Positions 1-11,578 of a stretch of DNA of 64,000 nucleotides are shown in pieces; position 1 is the stretch's first letter; each line of letters begins with the position of its first letter. The stretch is taken from NCBI GenBank assembly GCA_000182565.2, contig KQ257450.1; one strand, 5' to 3'. The position numbers and the translations under genes were made by a program. Origin of the DNA: Spizellomyces punctatus DAOM BR117. Taxonomy: Eukaryota. The notes under the pieces are model-generated. The model did no database searches, had not been told where the DNA came from, and saw only the letters and a list, made by a program, of their open reading frames with translations.

Positions 1-956
1 ATAAATCACTGGAATAAGCGTGGTTGAACCCATTGGCAAGAAGGCTAATCATCCAGGTTTGATGCCCATAAGAGTGGTCCTTGCAAGCCAATCCAGCCGA
101 ATTCCGATGACTTCGATACGCTACTCGTATCGATGTATTCACTGGAAATGGTTCTATTTGTTTGTCTTTCGCTTGTACAGTACAACTCATCAAGTAATCC
201 CCTGAAACTTTTAGATTTGAGTTATAGGTATCTGGCTAGTACTTTTTATGCCGCAGACTGTTACCTATAATCTAATTTGCCTGCCTAATCCATATCGACA
301 AACCACCTAGAACTGCATAGTTTTTAAAGCAAATGGTTTTCTGGTGATAAATGTGATGAATGGACAAGTTCAGTATAACACATCCTTTCTTTGATATTGC
401 TTTACATATCACTTGGGTAGTAAGGAACTGAATTCTCCAGCAGAGCCCCACACGTTTGAGCACCGTCAAGAAAAACGCTGTCATTATGCTTTTGAACCAA
501 TTCGCTGTGCAGACCGCATAAGTGGTATACGATATACGACCCATGCGCTGTGCAAACCCCACAAGGAGTATACCACCCCGTACGCTGTCAAGTTTCTCTG
601 ATGTATGCATGCATTTCTGTGGGCAGGGCAATGACCTCGGGTACGGTAACAACGTCTGGGATTGGATAATCGGCAGCCAAGTAGTAAGGTTGAGCACAAG
701 CTCTGCCCATAGATGCAGATTAGGATTTAGAAACCTTGACATTCCCAAGTGATTTGCTCTTTGCATAGCATTTACATAAGGAAACGCAGCAGAGATATCC
801 ACTCGTTGCAAAACTAACTCGGTGACACCTGCTTGGTGCCATCTTGTATCCATTTCTTAAGGTTCCACTGCTGGACATATTCTGTAATGAGATAAATCTA
901 CACAATACGGCAAGGCCTGGGTTACTTCATGTACTGCCCTCGTTCTGAGACACTTT

Positions 957-1150
957 AAAAATGCAGCCAAGTCAATCAATTCCCCGGTCAAGCTCAGCAG
1001 TGGTTCGCGACGAGGACCCTCGCTCTGAGTGTGTTTAAAAATACAGCCCAAGTCGATGAATTCACCGGTGGAACTCAGCAGTGGTTTGCGGCGAGGACGC
1101 TCGTTTCCAGACAGTAAAAATACAGCTCAAGTCGATGAACTCACCGGTCG
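957..1150. repeat. Imperfect tandem repeat, ~79-bp unit, ~2.5 copies
   Basis: aaaaat(a/g)cagc..aagtc.at.aa.tc.ccggt...ctcagcagtggtt.gcg.cgaggac recurs at ~957, ~1037 and ~1116. Confidence 0.75.
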
Positions 1151-1529
1151 TGGTTGAATTCCAATCATTCACACAAAAGGGCGAGTAATTCGTATGGCGC
1201 CCGTTTACATGTCTAATTCACGAGTTGTAGTTATACCCATTTACATGTAGGATATTGGTTCCAATGAGCTTGGTAGATCGGAAATATGGCTACTGGAGCC
1301 CATCGTAAAGGGGGACCTGATTGTAAATAATCGTAGTTATTTTGGTTGTCTAGTAGCAGTATAAGTCAATATTTGCAATCAGGTCTGCGGATGTCCCGCG
1401 ACTAAGATGGAGCGCGATTTGGGGTAAAGTATAATTCGCTTGACCGGTAGGTTACTGACGATCTGCATTCTGATATTACGAGCCAGGAAAGTGAACCGCT
1501 CTTGGTTGAACTAGCGAGAGGCATCGAAG

Positions 1530-1672
1530 CATCGACTTTAGTTATAGGAAAGCGTATAATTCAAATGGAACGACTTGACCGGGAAGTACATTGACTTTAG
1601 TTGTGGAAAAGCGTATCATTCCAATCGAACCGCTTGATCGCGGAGTTCGTCATCGACTTTAGTTTTAGGAAA
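1530..1672. repeat. Imperfect tandem repeat, ~60-bp unit, ~2.5 copies
   Basis: cat(c/t)gactttagtt....gaaa recurs at ~1530, ~1589 and ~1651. Confidence 0.65.
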
Positions 1673-1775
1673 CATTCTTGACTTTCCCAGAAAAGTTCAG
1701 CAGTGGACTGCTTTCGCACGCTTTGATGATGGTTGAGAAAAAAAAAGATTCTTGACTTTCAGAAATGGACTGCGG

Positions 1776-1875
1776 NNNNNNNNNNNNNNNNNNNNNNNNN
1801 NNNNNNNNNNNNNNNNNNNNNNNNNNNNNNNNNNNNNNNNNNNNNNNNNNNNNNNNNNNNNNNNNNNNNNNNNNN
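1776..1875. other. Assembly gap (100 N)
   Basis: Run of exactly 100 N, a placeholder of unknown true size. Confidence 0.99.
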
Positions 1876-2009
1876 ATCTGACTTCTGGGACCACCGCTGT
1901 GAACCGCGCTTTGCGACGTCTGAACAAGGAAAGTGCTCCATCGAGGACTCGCCGAGATTTATCTTTGAGGCATATCAATCTCTCGATGGCCCTACCAGTG
2001 ATAATTCAA

Positions 2010-2945
2010 ATTCGTAAATCAGCTTTATTTGTTGAATACATTGAGAGATTATACGACCAGTTGAGCAGACTACCATGAATGCGCTTTGAGATCGGTGAAA
2101 ATGTACGAAAGTTCCTAGCACAAGCTCACCATCGAGCGCCTGGAAAAAGCCAAGGTTGGGCGGTCTTTAGAAGACTTACCATATGCTCATGGTTTATTTG
2201 GGGTGTAATGTGGCCTAGATGGGTAGCTCACAATGATAGTGGAACCGTTTCAAATAAATCAGACATTACCCTTGATACTTGAAACATCATCTGCCCATTC
2301 AAATGCGAAATCAAACTGTTTAAGATGCACTGGCTCGTCCTCTTTCCAATGGTCAGCCCCCAGATACGGATGCGCCAGAGCTTCCAGGACCGTGATGCCT
2401 TTGACGGCTGAAAAAGAAACCTTTTCAACACCATTGTTCTCTAAGAGGAGCCACCGAGAATTGACCTCGGGACCTACATAGTGCGATACCACTGATACTC
2501 ACTATTTAGTGAATACATTGACAAGATTATATCACAAGTTGAGCGGAAGGACTATCATGAACGCGTTTTGAGACAAGAGCTAGGACAAATGTTCACCGTT
2601 GGGCTGAGGTGAACACGATTCGAGACAGTGACCCTGAGAAAAACTAAATCCGAGTAAACTGCTTTTATTTAATAAATAGATTGACAAGATAGTACCACAA
2701 GTTTAGCAGAGGACTAACATGGATGCGCTTCAAGACCGTTCAGAAACAGCAAAGTTTCTAGGACCATCTTACCATTGACGTTGCGAGACGGACAAAACTG
2801 AGAAAAACTAAATCCGAATAAACTGCTGTATTCAATGAATACATTGACAAGATAATATCAAAAACACATTGAGCAGAGGACTAACGTGGATACCTTTGAA
2901 GACCGCAAAGTTTCTATGACAGTCTCACCATTGAATTACTGTGAA
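2010..2945. repeat. Degenerate ~160-bp repeat, 4 copies; copies 1 and 2 are separated by a MAPK fragment
   Basis: (g)aata(c/g)attga.a.gat.....gtt(g)agc.ga..act...(a/g)tg.a..c..tt recurs at ~2033, ~2511, ~2675 and ~2838. Confidence 0.6.
2262..2430 (-). pseudogene. MAP kinase C-terminal fragment (subdomain XI + CD region), frameshifted
   Basis: LKRFLFQPSK / ITVLEALAHPYLGADHWKEDEPVHLKQFDFAFEWADDVSSIK resembles the MAPK motif RITxxEALAHPY...DEP...FDFxFE; no other kinase subdomains are visible nearby. Confidence 0.7.
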
Positions 2946-3040
2946 CACGGTGCAGAGATGGCGTGGAATACCTGTGGCCCCTGTTCTCGTCCGTTAATTA
3001 TGGGCTTTGATTTTAACGAGATATCAAGTGACAAATCGTA

Positions 3041-3220
3041 TCACTCCTACACTGTTAATCGCCGGGCACCTTTTATGGCACACTGCAACTGAGATTGAAA
3101 CCATGCACTTACCGTGACTGAGAAGATGTGAGCAGTGACTGCGAGCATTTTGATAGAGTAAATCCATTACAATCATTACCTAGATTTTGAGGTGGCCGAT
3201 GATAAACAGTGTAGGAGTGG
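3041..3220. mobile_element. MITE, ~180 bp, with ~20-bp TIRs and TA flanks (Tc1/mariner-like)
   Basis: Left end TA|tcactcctacactgttaatc, right end gataaacagtgtaggagtgg|TA; a homologous segment lies inverted at 39570-39680. Confidence 0.7.
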
Positions 3221-3339
3221 TACATCCAAGTTGGAAATGAAATGATTGGACATGAGTTGTTCCTGAGGGTCGGCTCTGGACGAGTTACGAGAGATATAGT
3301 GTACAATTATTTTTCCTGGGTACGACCGACTTTTACTTT

Positions 3340-3450
3340 TCCTATCCCAACTATATATGAATGTACGTTATCTCTTTAGTACGGTATATTTCCTATCCTA
3401 ACTATATATGAATATACGTTATCTTTCTTTTTAGTACGGTATATTTCCCA
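3340..3450. repeat. Direct tandem duplication, ~51 bp x2
   Basis: ttcctatcc.aactatatatgaat.tacgttatct..tttagtacggtatatttcc occurs twice. Confidence 0.8.
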
Positions 3451-3539
3451 TCTTTACTGTACACCAGATTTGATATAATAGAATTTCTTTTCATCCTATC
3501 TTTATTATTCATGATCTATACGTTTGGGTTAAAAAACAA

Positions 3540-4480
3540 TTCCCAGAGGCCGAGATTTGATCTCAAGACCTGTGCGTTTCTACCATTAAGTGCATGTTAC
3601 CGATACTTTTAAAATAAAGTATTTGCAGTGGAACTGGAGAGGACTCCCCATCTGCCCATGCCACCAAAATTCAACCAACCGAAAACAAAAAAACTTTTTG
3701 CATTAGTCTCAGAGAACCGAGATTTGAAGTCGGCGGTTACGGCAGTGGGACATGTTTCTACGCGCATTACCAATGGTTTACAAATGACTAAGAAAAACAG
3801 ATCGTTCTTGGGTGTCCCAAACTCTGGCATTACTCTCAGAGGACCGAGATTTGAACTCGGAACGGGTGCGCTTGTTACGGCAGTGGACATGGTCCACCGC
3901 GCGTTACCAATGGCTTACGAACGACTAAAAAAAAGATCATTCTTGGGTGTTGGGACGTGGTCCTACACGCCGCGTTACGGCAGTGGACATGGTCCTACGC
4001 GCGTTACGAATGGCTCATGAATGACTAGAAAAAAAGACCCGCCTTTGGTGCCTAGAGGACTCACTGAGATTTGATCCTGGGAGCCATGCGTTTCTACTAC
4101 CAAGGGCATTAAAAAAAAACGTCCCCCAATCACACACCCTCCCCTCCAAAATCATACCATTTAACTTTTATTAACACCATGACGATAGTTGAAAAAAGAC
4201 GGATTTCCCTCGATTCACAAAGGAACAGTTGCGTTTCTAGGTAGGACCATACTCACTGCCGTAACCGCGTTACGGCAGTGGGACATGGTCCTGCGCGCTT
4301 TACCAATGGCTCACCAATGGCCAACAAAAAGCAGATCGTTCGTTGGTGGTGGGGATGGCTGAAAAAAAAAAATCGCTTTTGGGAGTCTAGGGGGATCACC
4401 GAGATTTGATCCTGGGACTCCTGCGTTTCTACCACCAGGCGCACCCGCTGTGAACGCGTTACGAATGGCTAAAAAAAAGT
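3540..4480 (-). repeat. Degenerate composite repeat array containing tRNA T-arm (B-box)-derived segments
   Basis: (c)gagatttga(a/t)c..(g)g at ~3550, 3717, 3844, 4065 and 4399 matches the T-arm of the adjacent tRNA; gttacggcagtgg(g)acatg...cgcgc.ttac.aatgg occurs at ~3736, 3873, 3975 and 4269. Confidence 0.7.
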
Positions 4481-4499
4481 GTTGGGCGGGCGCGTGGAG

Positions 4500-4571
4500 A
4501 GGACTCACCGAGATTTGAACTCGGGACCTATCGATCTGCAGTCGATTGCTCTACCACTGAGCTATAAGTCC
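4500..4571 (-). tRNA. tRNA-Cys (GCA)
   Basis: GGACTTA TAGCTCAGTGGTAGAGC A ATCGA CTGCAGA TCGAT AGGTC CCGAG TTCAAAT CTCGG TGAGTCC T: complete 72-nt cloverleaf, GCA anticodon, U73 discriminator. Confidence 0.95.
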
Positions 4572-4764
4572 CCGTGTTATCACTTCCCATTTCGTATTGC
4601 TCTACCACTGAGCTACAAGTCCGTGCTTACCACTGAGCTATAAGTCCCCGTGTTATCACTTCCCATTTCGTATTGCTCTACCACTGAGCTACAAGTCCGT
4701 GCTTACCACTGAGCTATAAGTCCCCGTGTTATCACTTCCCATTTCGTATTGCTCTACCACTGAT
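4545..4764. repeat. 76-bp tandem repeat (~2.8 copies) built from tRNA-Cys 5' (D-arm/A-box) fragments
   Basis: accactgagctataagtccccgtgttatcacttcccatttcgtattgctctaccactgagctacaagtccgtgctt starts at 4553, 4629 and 4705. Confidence 0.9.
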
Positions 4765-5865
4765 CATTATGACAGTACACCGGAACCTATCGGTCCTGGT
4801 GTCCTGTCATAACTTTTAGCCTACCCCCACCTACACCGTTAATCACCAGGCATCCCAATATGCTCTAATGCGTTAATGCACGCGGTCACTACCGGTCCTG
4901 GTGTACTGTCATAACTTGTCGCCTATCCCCTTCCCTCCTGTACACCGTTAATCACCGGGCATCCCAATATGTACACTCTGGGAAGATCAAACTATTGCCA
5001 TGTTTGGCACGATTCTGGTTCAAGGTGAAGGGAGAGTCCACTTATGATCGTTAATCCAAATTCGTGCCATCCAAATTGCAAGTTTCCTCTGTCCCACGCT
5101 GGAGGACCTCCTCTTCTACATCCCACCCTTTTCATCTGACCTGTGTTTTCCCGACGACACCTTTGGCAGCATTAAATAGCACATTTTTGGCCTGCATATC
5201 ATTTCCACTCCTACCAGACGACACAGATAGTGCATGAGCACTGACCGTTGCCAGATTTTTGTTCTTCTTGTTGCCCTTTCCGGTGGTGTCCGGAATGGTT
5301 CTGATTCCAATCCGTGATCTCTGGCAGAGCTTTACGTATTTATGACAGTCTACGGCATTCAAGATGTTTGACCAATCTTGAACATTGTCAACTCTATCAA
5401 CCCGAATGACATTGCTGCTGCTTGGACTACTTACAAGCAAACTATGCGTGTAAGAGTTTGCGAAGCGGCAAGCAGAACAACAAGGACTAGCAAAACCCTC
5501 CCGCTCTTGGATTTCAACGATTGGTGTGGGGGCGAGCAAAGCTTGGTCAGCAGACGAGTAAATGGTTGCGGTACTTGATTGCCGTACCATGAACTTCTCA
5601 GTCGTGGTCGTGGTCGTGGCTAGCTGCATCAACTCAATTCAATGCACACGGTCACGATAGGTCCTGGTGTACTGTCATAACTTTTAGCCCACCACTCCTA
5701 CACTGTTAGTCACCTTAGTGTAGCTAATGATGAGTATCGTAAGGTTGTATCAAGATTTCAAAACCAACCTTTAACAGTTGATCCTTATGTATTGGAATTT
5801 ATGGTACAGTACGCTCTACTCCATCAACTCAATTCAATGCACGCGGTCACAGATAGGTCCTGATG
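4765..5865. repeat. Dispersed MITE-related fragments
   Basis: ggtcctggtgt.ctgtcataactt...ctacac.gtta.tcacc at ~4792, ~4894 and ~5660; aatgcac.cggtcac at ~4876, 5641 and 5836; the ends match the TIR of the 3041-3220 element. Confidence 0.6.
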
Positions 5866-8029
5866 TGCTACTCCTATCGATGTATTCATCGGACAAGCTG
5901 AGCACTGGTTCGAGGACAAAGCACAGGAGAGCCATTGATGGGTGCGCCTATCGTGTCCAAATGTATCGGTCCGGTTCCTAGCCAGAATTTAGCATTCCCA
6001 TGCTCGCAGGAGGAAAGGCTTAAGGATTCTAAAAAGGGTGTTTCTGTTGGTTGTTTGGGGGCGAGAGGCAACGAAAATTGGATATAGAGTGAGGCGGTGC
6101 GCCGATCGTTTGTCGGGTTCCAGCCAGGTTTTACGCATTCCCGTGCTCACAGGACGGAGATCCTAAAAGAAGGTTTCTGTTGGCTGTTTGGGGGCAAAAG
6201 GAATTGGTTGGACCAGGTGTCACAAATGCGTTCTTTCCCCGTTTCTTTGTGGAAAACACCAGAGACTACTTGGGAATATCGAGTTTTCTGATACCACCAC
6301 GAGACTCGACGGCGTACGAGATCGTATACCAATGTAGACAATTGTGGTGTGCTTGCTGCTTTTTTCGGTGCAAATAGTTAATGCCTTCTATGGCGGTGCT
6401 CTCGTATATGGCTCCGGTGGACCTTTTTATTTCTTTAAACCCAAGCAGCAAATGTCACACTGGTGGGTGATCAGTCCAGCAGATGCGTACGGCCAGGTTC
6501 CTGTTAACCAGAGGTTGGCGGACAAGCAGTTTTTCGGATTTTGAACCATTTTTCGGATTTTGAACCATCACACTGCAGATCAATCGCTCTGACCACTGAT
6601 GAGTCCTACTTTATCCGACAAACAGTGTTCGAATTTGAATTATCACACTGTAGCTCTAACAAATGAGCTATAATTGTATCGAATTTAATGATTGGACTCC
6701 GCAGGTTTTTAATTATTCCTTGCGGGCGAGAAAGGCCAAAGAATCCAAAAAAAGGATGTTAGAGTTGGGGGCGAGAGGCAAAGAGACTTGGTTAGGGGTG
6801 AACCGGGCAGGATTTGGGGGGCGGGCATGGTAATCAGTCCGGTGGTGCATGCGTGCGCGATACATAGAACTCGGCCATTGAATCCACCAGGGATGTCTTC
6901 ATTTGTTATCTGGTATTTGGATAACTCAAAGACCGGTTGGTACTAAAGTAAATTTATTTGTTAAATCACATCCTGTTACTGTTTACACTTTTCGAGAGCT
7001 GTCTGTCTGTCCCCATTATGGGTTCAAAGTCTCATTCCGCAAGGAAGGTGTGCGAGGTAACGTACCAACATTTCTCATCATTTACTGTACACTACTCTTC
7101 CATCCATCTGGCATCATGGATAGAGTTTTTGGCTCGGCACAGAGCCCAGCCGTATGCGGCACCACTCGTTGAATGGGGTGCAGTAGATGCTCGGCAGGTG
7201 CGCCAGCTGCTGGTCAACATTGCAGCCCTGCGTCGTACTCTAGCATCATAGAGGAAGCAAAAATGTGTGAGAGAATCCATAAAAGATTGACATCGTATCG
7301 GCCGACGGGTTGAGTCCCTAACAAAATCTGCTCTACCTTCATGTATACCATGCTCTGATATATCTGGTGTCCTGGATCGACAATGTTTAGCCCACGCAAA
7401 TGCCTTTTTCTCCTTGGACAATACACATCTTCTCACTTTACATCGAGCTTTGTATGCATGCATCCATGTCCGCTCAAGCTCAATGAATCCACTGCCGAGA
7501 TTTGACCTCCATTCTTATTCCCCCCATAAGCTCTCCGTTATATATCCACTTCACCTCGACATGCACAATCTCGCCTTGGTCAGCTCAACTTAATTACACA
7601 CCACCGAGTTACGACCCATTCTTGAATATATCTTTTTTAGTTAGTAAGGATGGAGGTCCAGTCCTTGGGATGGAAGAGTGGGCTAAATGCATTAAAGAAC
7701 CAGCGGTGAGAAAAAACGATATGTACGAACGTTAGTGAGCAGATACGTGGTGACTCTTTCCAGCAAATGGTACTGAGCTTCATAGGGCAACCTTTCATGC
7801 ACAACTTTAGTACCATACTCCCTAATGCACTCGCCATCATCTTGCTCCCTCCATGGATGAACGACAGTTAGAGTGCACTCCGTATGCTATCCACTCGTCA
7901 TATCCTAATGTCGCACTCCACTTATTTCCATGATAAGTGTAAGCAACGCTGCCCCTCCCTTTGCTCTCCACTCGACATAGCTCAATGTCGCTTTCCACTC
8001 TATCTCCATGATGAGTGTACAAGTTATGG

Positions 8030-8145
8030 CCCTACCCGAACCCAAACCTCAACCTGAAACCTAACCCTAGATGCTAACCCGACCGCGAACACTAAACCAA
8101 ACCCTAACCCGGAATGCGACAGGCTAACTCTAATCCAAACCCAAG
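8030..8145. repeat. Degenerate interstitial telomere-like (CCCTAA-variant) tract
   Basis: ccctacccgaacccaaacctcaacctgaaacctaaccctag...ccaaaccctaaccc. Confidence 0.55.
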
Positions 8146-10257
8146 ACATGAGAGGTGAATCTCTATTGCACTCCACCCGAAACCACTCCCATTCTTATTC
8201 CCCATAAGCAACTCTTCTTAATATATCCACCTGCACACCTCACCTCAAGCTCGGGCCAATCAGTTGCAGACAATTCCATACCACAGCCTTACAACTCCCA
8301 AATCTTATCCCCCTAACACAACTCACCCTGATATATCTATTTACATCGGGCTCAAGGCACGCTCAACCCCACTTTTATATATGGGTATCCACATGTCAGC
8401 TTGAGCTCATTTGATGGCCACCGAATTAGGACTCCCAGTCTTAATTCCCATCTACACAATCCAAGCTGAGCATTCGTGTATCTACACCTCAGCTCGAGCT
8501 CAAGACTAGCAATTGCAGACACCACCAAGCTATAACTCTGCGCCTTAATCCTGTCCATACAACCTTGATCTAGTTAGTTGGCTGCCTGATCAGATGGCAC
8601 CAAGGGAAAACTTGACGGTTTAACTTTGATCTCTTCAGTTGCTTGCTTTCTACACATGGCAAATATTCAAAACAAGGTGTTGAATTGTATTTCTGAAATT
8701 ATGCTTATTATCTTGTTCCACAGTACTCTTGCTTTTATTTAGTAATGTTGCGTATTTTCTTGTTGAAATGCTTTTCATCAGGATGGCAATAACTAAGGGA
8801 TCAGCCTTGGCCGCTAAAGCACTAGCAGCTAAATTCACAGTCTCGAGGTTGGTTACGTTTTCAACTAGTTGGACCTTGTCAGTTACTACCATTATTCTGT
8901 GTTCCTGAAGCATTGACACTTCACCTGCTGTTCTATAGATTGTATTCACAATGATTCTTTTCCACTGCTATGCCGACATTCATGATTATCTGGAGTTTCA
9001 GTAATTCTTCTAGTGCCATTTTGATCAACCATGTCATACTGCCATGAAATCTCTTGAGTTGCATAAAAGCATGTTGGGTTATCTTCATGTTCTGATCGAC
9101 TGCAACTCTCCTAGTGCATTACCCCAATTTTGAGACTGCCATCTTGAACAAGGTACAACCATGTCATGCTCGTGCTGACCTTAAGGATATGCCATTGAAT
9201 CTCTCGAGTTGCATAAAGGTCTGTTGGGGTTCCCTTTTTGTTCTGAGTTTTTCTTGTAATTGACCAGAAAGCTACTCTGGCGATGATGCGAAATGCCAAA
9301 AAAAAAGTGCGGCTCAAGTTACAAAAGGATTGAACCTGGTAGGATCAACTACAGCCCATTTTTATGGTGGTCGATCCTTGCATGGCAGAGGCAAGGGCAG
9401 ATCAACTGCCATCTAGAAATATCGCAACCATGAGGAAAATCTTCATTCTTTTAGGTTGCATATCGAGCATTGTTTTGTTGACGGCGTCCATTTTATTACC
9501 CGGAATATTCACACCTGATTTGAAAGAGTGCAAACCCACACTTGCATCGTTCGTGAGCTCTGCAGCAACAAGGGAAAAGACACAACTTTGTACATACAGT
9601 CCATGCTTGTGAAGTGCAGATTTTTTTCTTGCTGTGGTGCGAACTTTGATAATGACAGATGCTAATCGCACTGCTTTCAACGGCACTGCTTTCTGTGTAT
9701 AATGAATACTAGCATCCTGAAAAGTTTTCCATTTCACCATGATCGGTTGATTCGAAAGTAAAAGTACAACGATCGGAGCAAACCCGTCCCGCTGGACATT
9801 CATCGACAAAGCACAACGTGTGCAATGTGTTTGCTTTATCCTCCTTACACACCGTCCAATGATATATGAATGCTTGCTAATGGGCCAAACCTACTACTAT
9901 CATCTGGAGTCAACAACATGTATACCCCATCAAACCCGGGCGTGTTTTCAGCTGCGAAAAGTCTCGTTTATCTGTATATATGGATGGTGCTCCAATGAGT
10001 TTTCTTATGCAATCTAAATTACCAGCCGTGTAGAGCCATGTGTACACTACAAAGTTCACTAATATATATTATGGTAAATGAATTCTGTAGGCAAAGTTTT
10101 CTTATTAGCATATGGTAGTGACTTAATATCATTAAATACAAAGCTGCCTAATGGTCCTTCTGCGGCTTTCAATTCTGACTTTTGCCCTCTTCTCTCTCTC
10201 TCTCTCGCTCTCGCTACGTCTGCTCACACTTGGTCCCAAACACACTGAAATTCCACA

Positions 10258-11050
10258 ATGCGCCAAATCCTGGAAAACTCCCGCTCAGAGGTAACTCCCA
10301 GTAGAGTACCCTACACGATGGCCCTCCGCCAGTCGTATTCCTTGCGGACGTTTCCACATGTGGTACAAGAAGTAGATCAGGCCAGCTTGAGGTTGCTTCG
10401 GGCCACCGTACATCGGACGATTGTTGAGAGATTCACAAGGAATAATCTCGATGTATCTCGGTTGGTGGAACAACTGACCACCTTCCTGTGTCCGCAAGAG
10501 GAGGCCACGACCGAAGACCTCTACCGGTTCCAGAGGCTCTTGGGTGAGCACTTGTTCATCTCGGACAATGACATGGCAGAGGCGTTGCAACTAGAAGAGC
10601 TGGACGAAGCCTACCTCCCAGAGGAAGGTTCTCAAGTCCACCACATCCGCAGCTGGGCCCTTGCTGTGAGTGATATGCAACGGCTCCTCTCCCAGTGGGA
10701 CTTCTCCTTCAATCTTCCACATTGTTAGTCCCCGAATCTTCACTGGAGGAATCCTCACTGGGGAAACTGCTGTCCCCACCTCCACCCTCACTCCCATTCC
10801 CACCCGCACGACCATCCGCATGACCACCCGCATGACCACCCTCACCCACATCTCCACGCACGCCTACGGCCACGGCTTCTCCGTGCCGCCGCGTCAGCCC
10901 AGCCCGATGCAGCGATTCCAAGTGCTGGCCCCTGGTAGGTGGAGACTGTCATCGTATCACTGGGACAGGTGCCTTTTGGATATCCGTTACGGCCGTAGAG
11001 GTAATACACCTGGCGAGGGCTCCACCACACTTGCTCGTCGAACTAGCTTG
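10258..11050 (+). pseudogene. Decayed ORF of unknown family (copy A of an inverted pair)
   Basis: 156-aa ORF, followed by an out-of-frame Pro/Ser-rich tail with TGA stops inside a 12-bp repeat (cccgcaYgacca); an inverted paralog lies at 11085-11578. Confidence 0.5.
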
Positions 11051-11084
11051 ATCTTCATTCGATGAAGGCCCCAATGATACTTTG

Positions 11085-11578
11085 CTACCTCTTCACTTTG
11101 CAAGACGTCGCCGTTTGTCTTCTTTTCATGTCATTTCCCCCAAACTCCTCCACACTGATCTCCAGACCCTTTGGGGCCAGTTGTGCGCGAGCAATGGGAA
11201 AGCCTTCTTCATTTTGCAGCATCCGGTCGCCCTCATCAGGTTCGTCGAACTCCAAAGCCTCTGCTATCTCATTGCCGGAGATGAACAAGTGTGCTCACCC
11301 AAGAGCCGCCGGAACCGATAGAGGTCCTCGGTCGCGGCATCGTCTTGCATGTACGGTGTCAATTGTCCGACCAGTCGAGAAACATCGAGATTATTTGGGT
11401 GAATCCCTCAATAATCGTCCGATGCACTGTAGCCCGAAGCATCCTCAAACTGGCCTGGTCCACTTCTTGGACCACATGTGGATATGTCCGCAATGAGTAC
11501 GACTGGCGGAGGGCCATCATGTAGGGTACTCTTTTGGGAGTTACCTCTGGGCGAGACTTTTCGAGGATTTAGCACATG
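11085..11578 (-). pseudogene. Inverted, more decayed paralog of the 10258 ORF (copy B)
   Basis: Reverse strand reads atgtgcTAAatcctcgaaaagtctcgcccagaggtaactccc...gtaccctacatgatggccctccgccagtcgta... and aligns by eye to 10258-10610 with a stop codon and frameshifts. Confidence 0.75.

Noticed and set aside
272-853. 193-aa minus-strand ORF as a possible transposase remnant
   Set aside because: No recognisable motif in any frame I examined.
4545-4764. CRISPR-like repeat-spacer appearance
   Set aside because: The intervening sequences are identical between units and the repeat is tRNA-derived; there are no cas genes and the context is eukaryotic.
5132-5632. 166-aa ORF, or a possible decayed Ulp1-like protease (YDSL) on the + strand
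   Set aside because: Only one short motif; the catalytic residues could not be placed.
8650-9830. Cys-rich, stop-interrupted minus-strand frames and a small diverged duplication (~9030 vs ~9160)
   Set aside because: Probably a decayed relic, but no family could be assigned.
10729-10940. His-rich HPHDHPHD peptide by stop read-through of the 10258 ORF
   Set aside because: More simply explained as an alternate frame of a Pro-rich 12-bp repeat with CGA->TGA decay.
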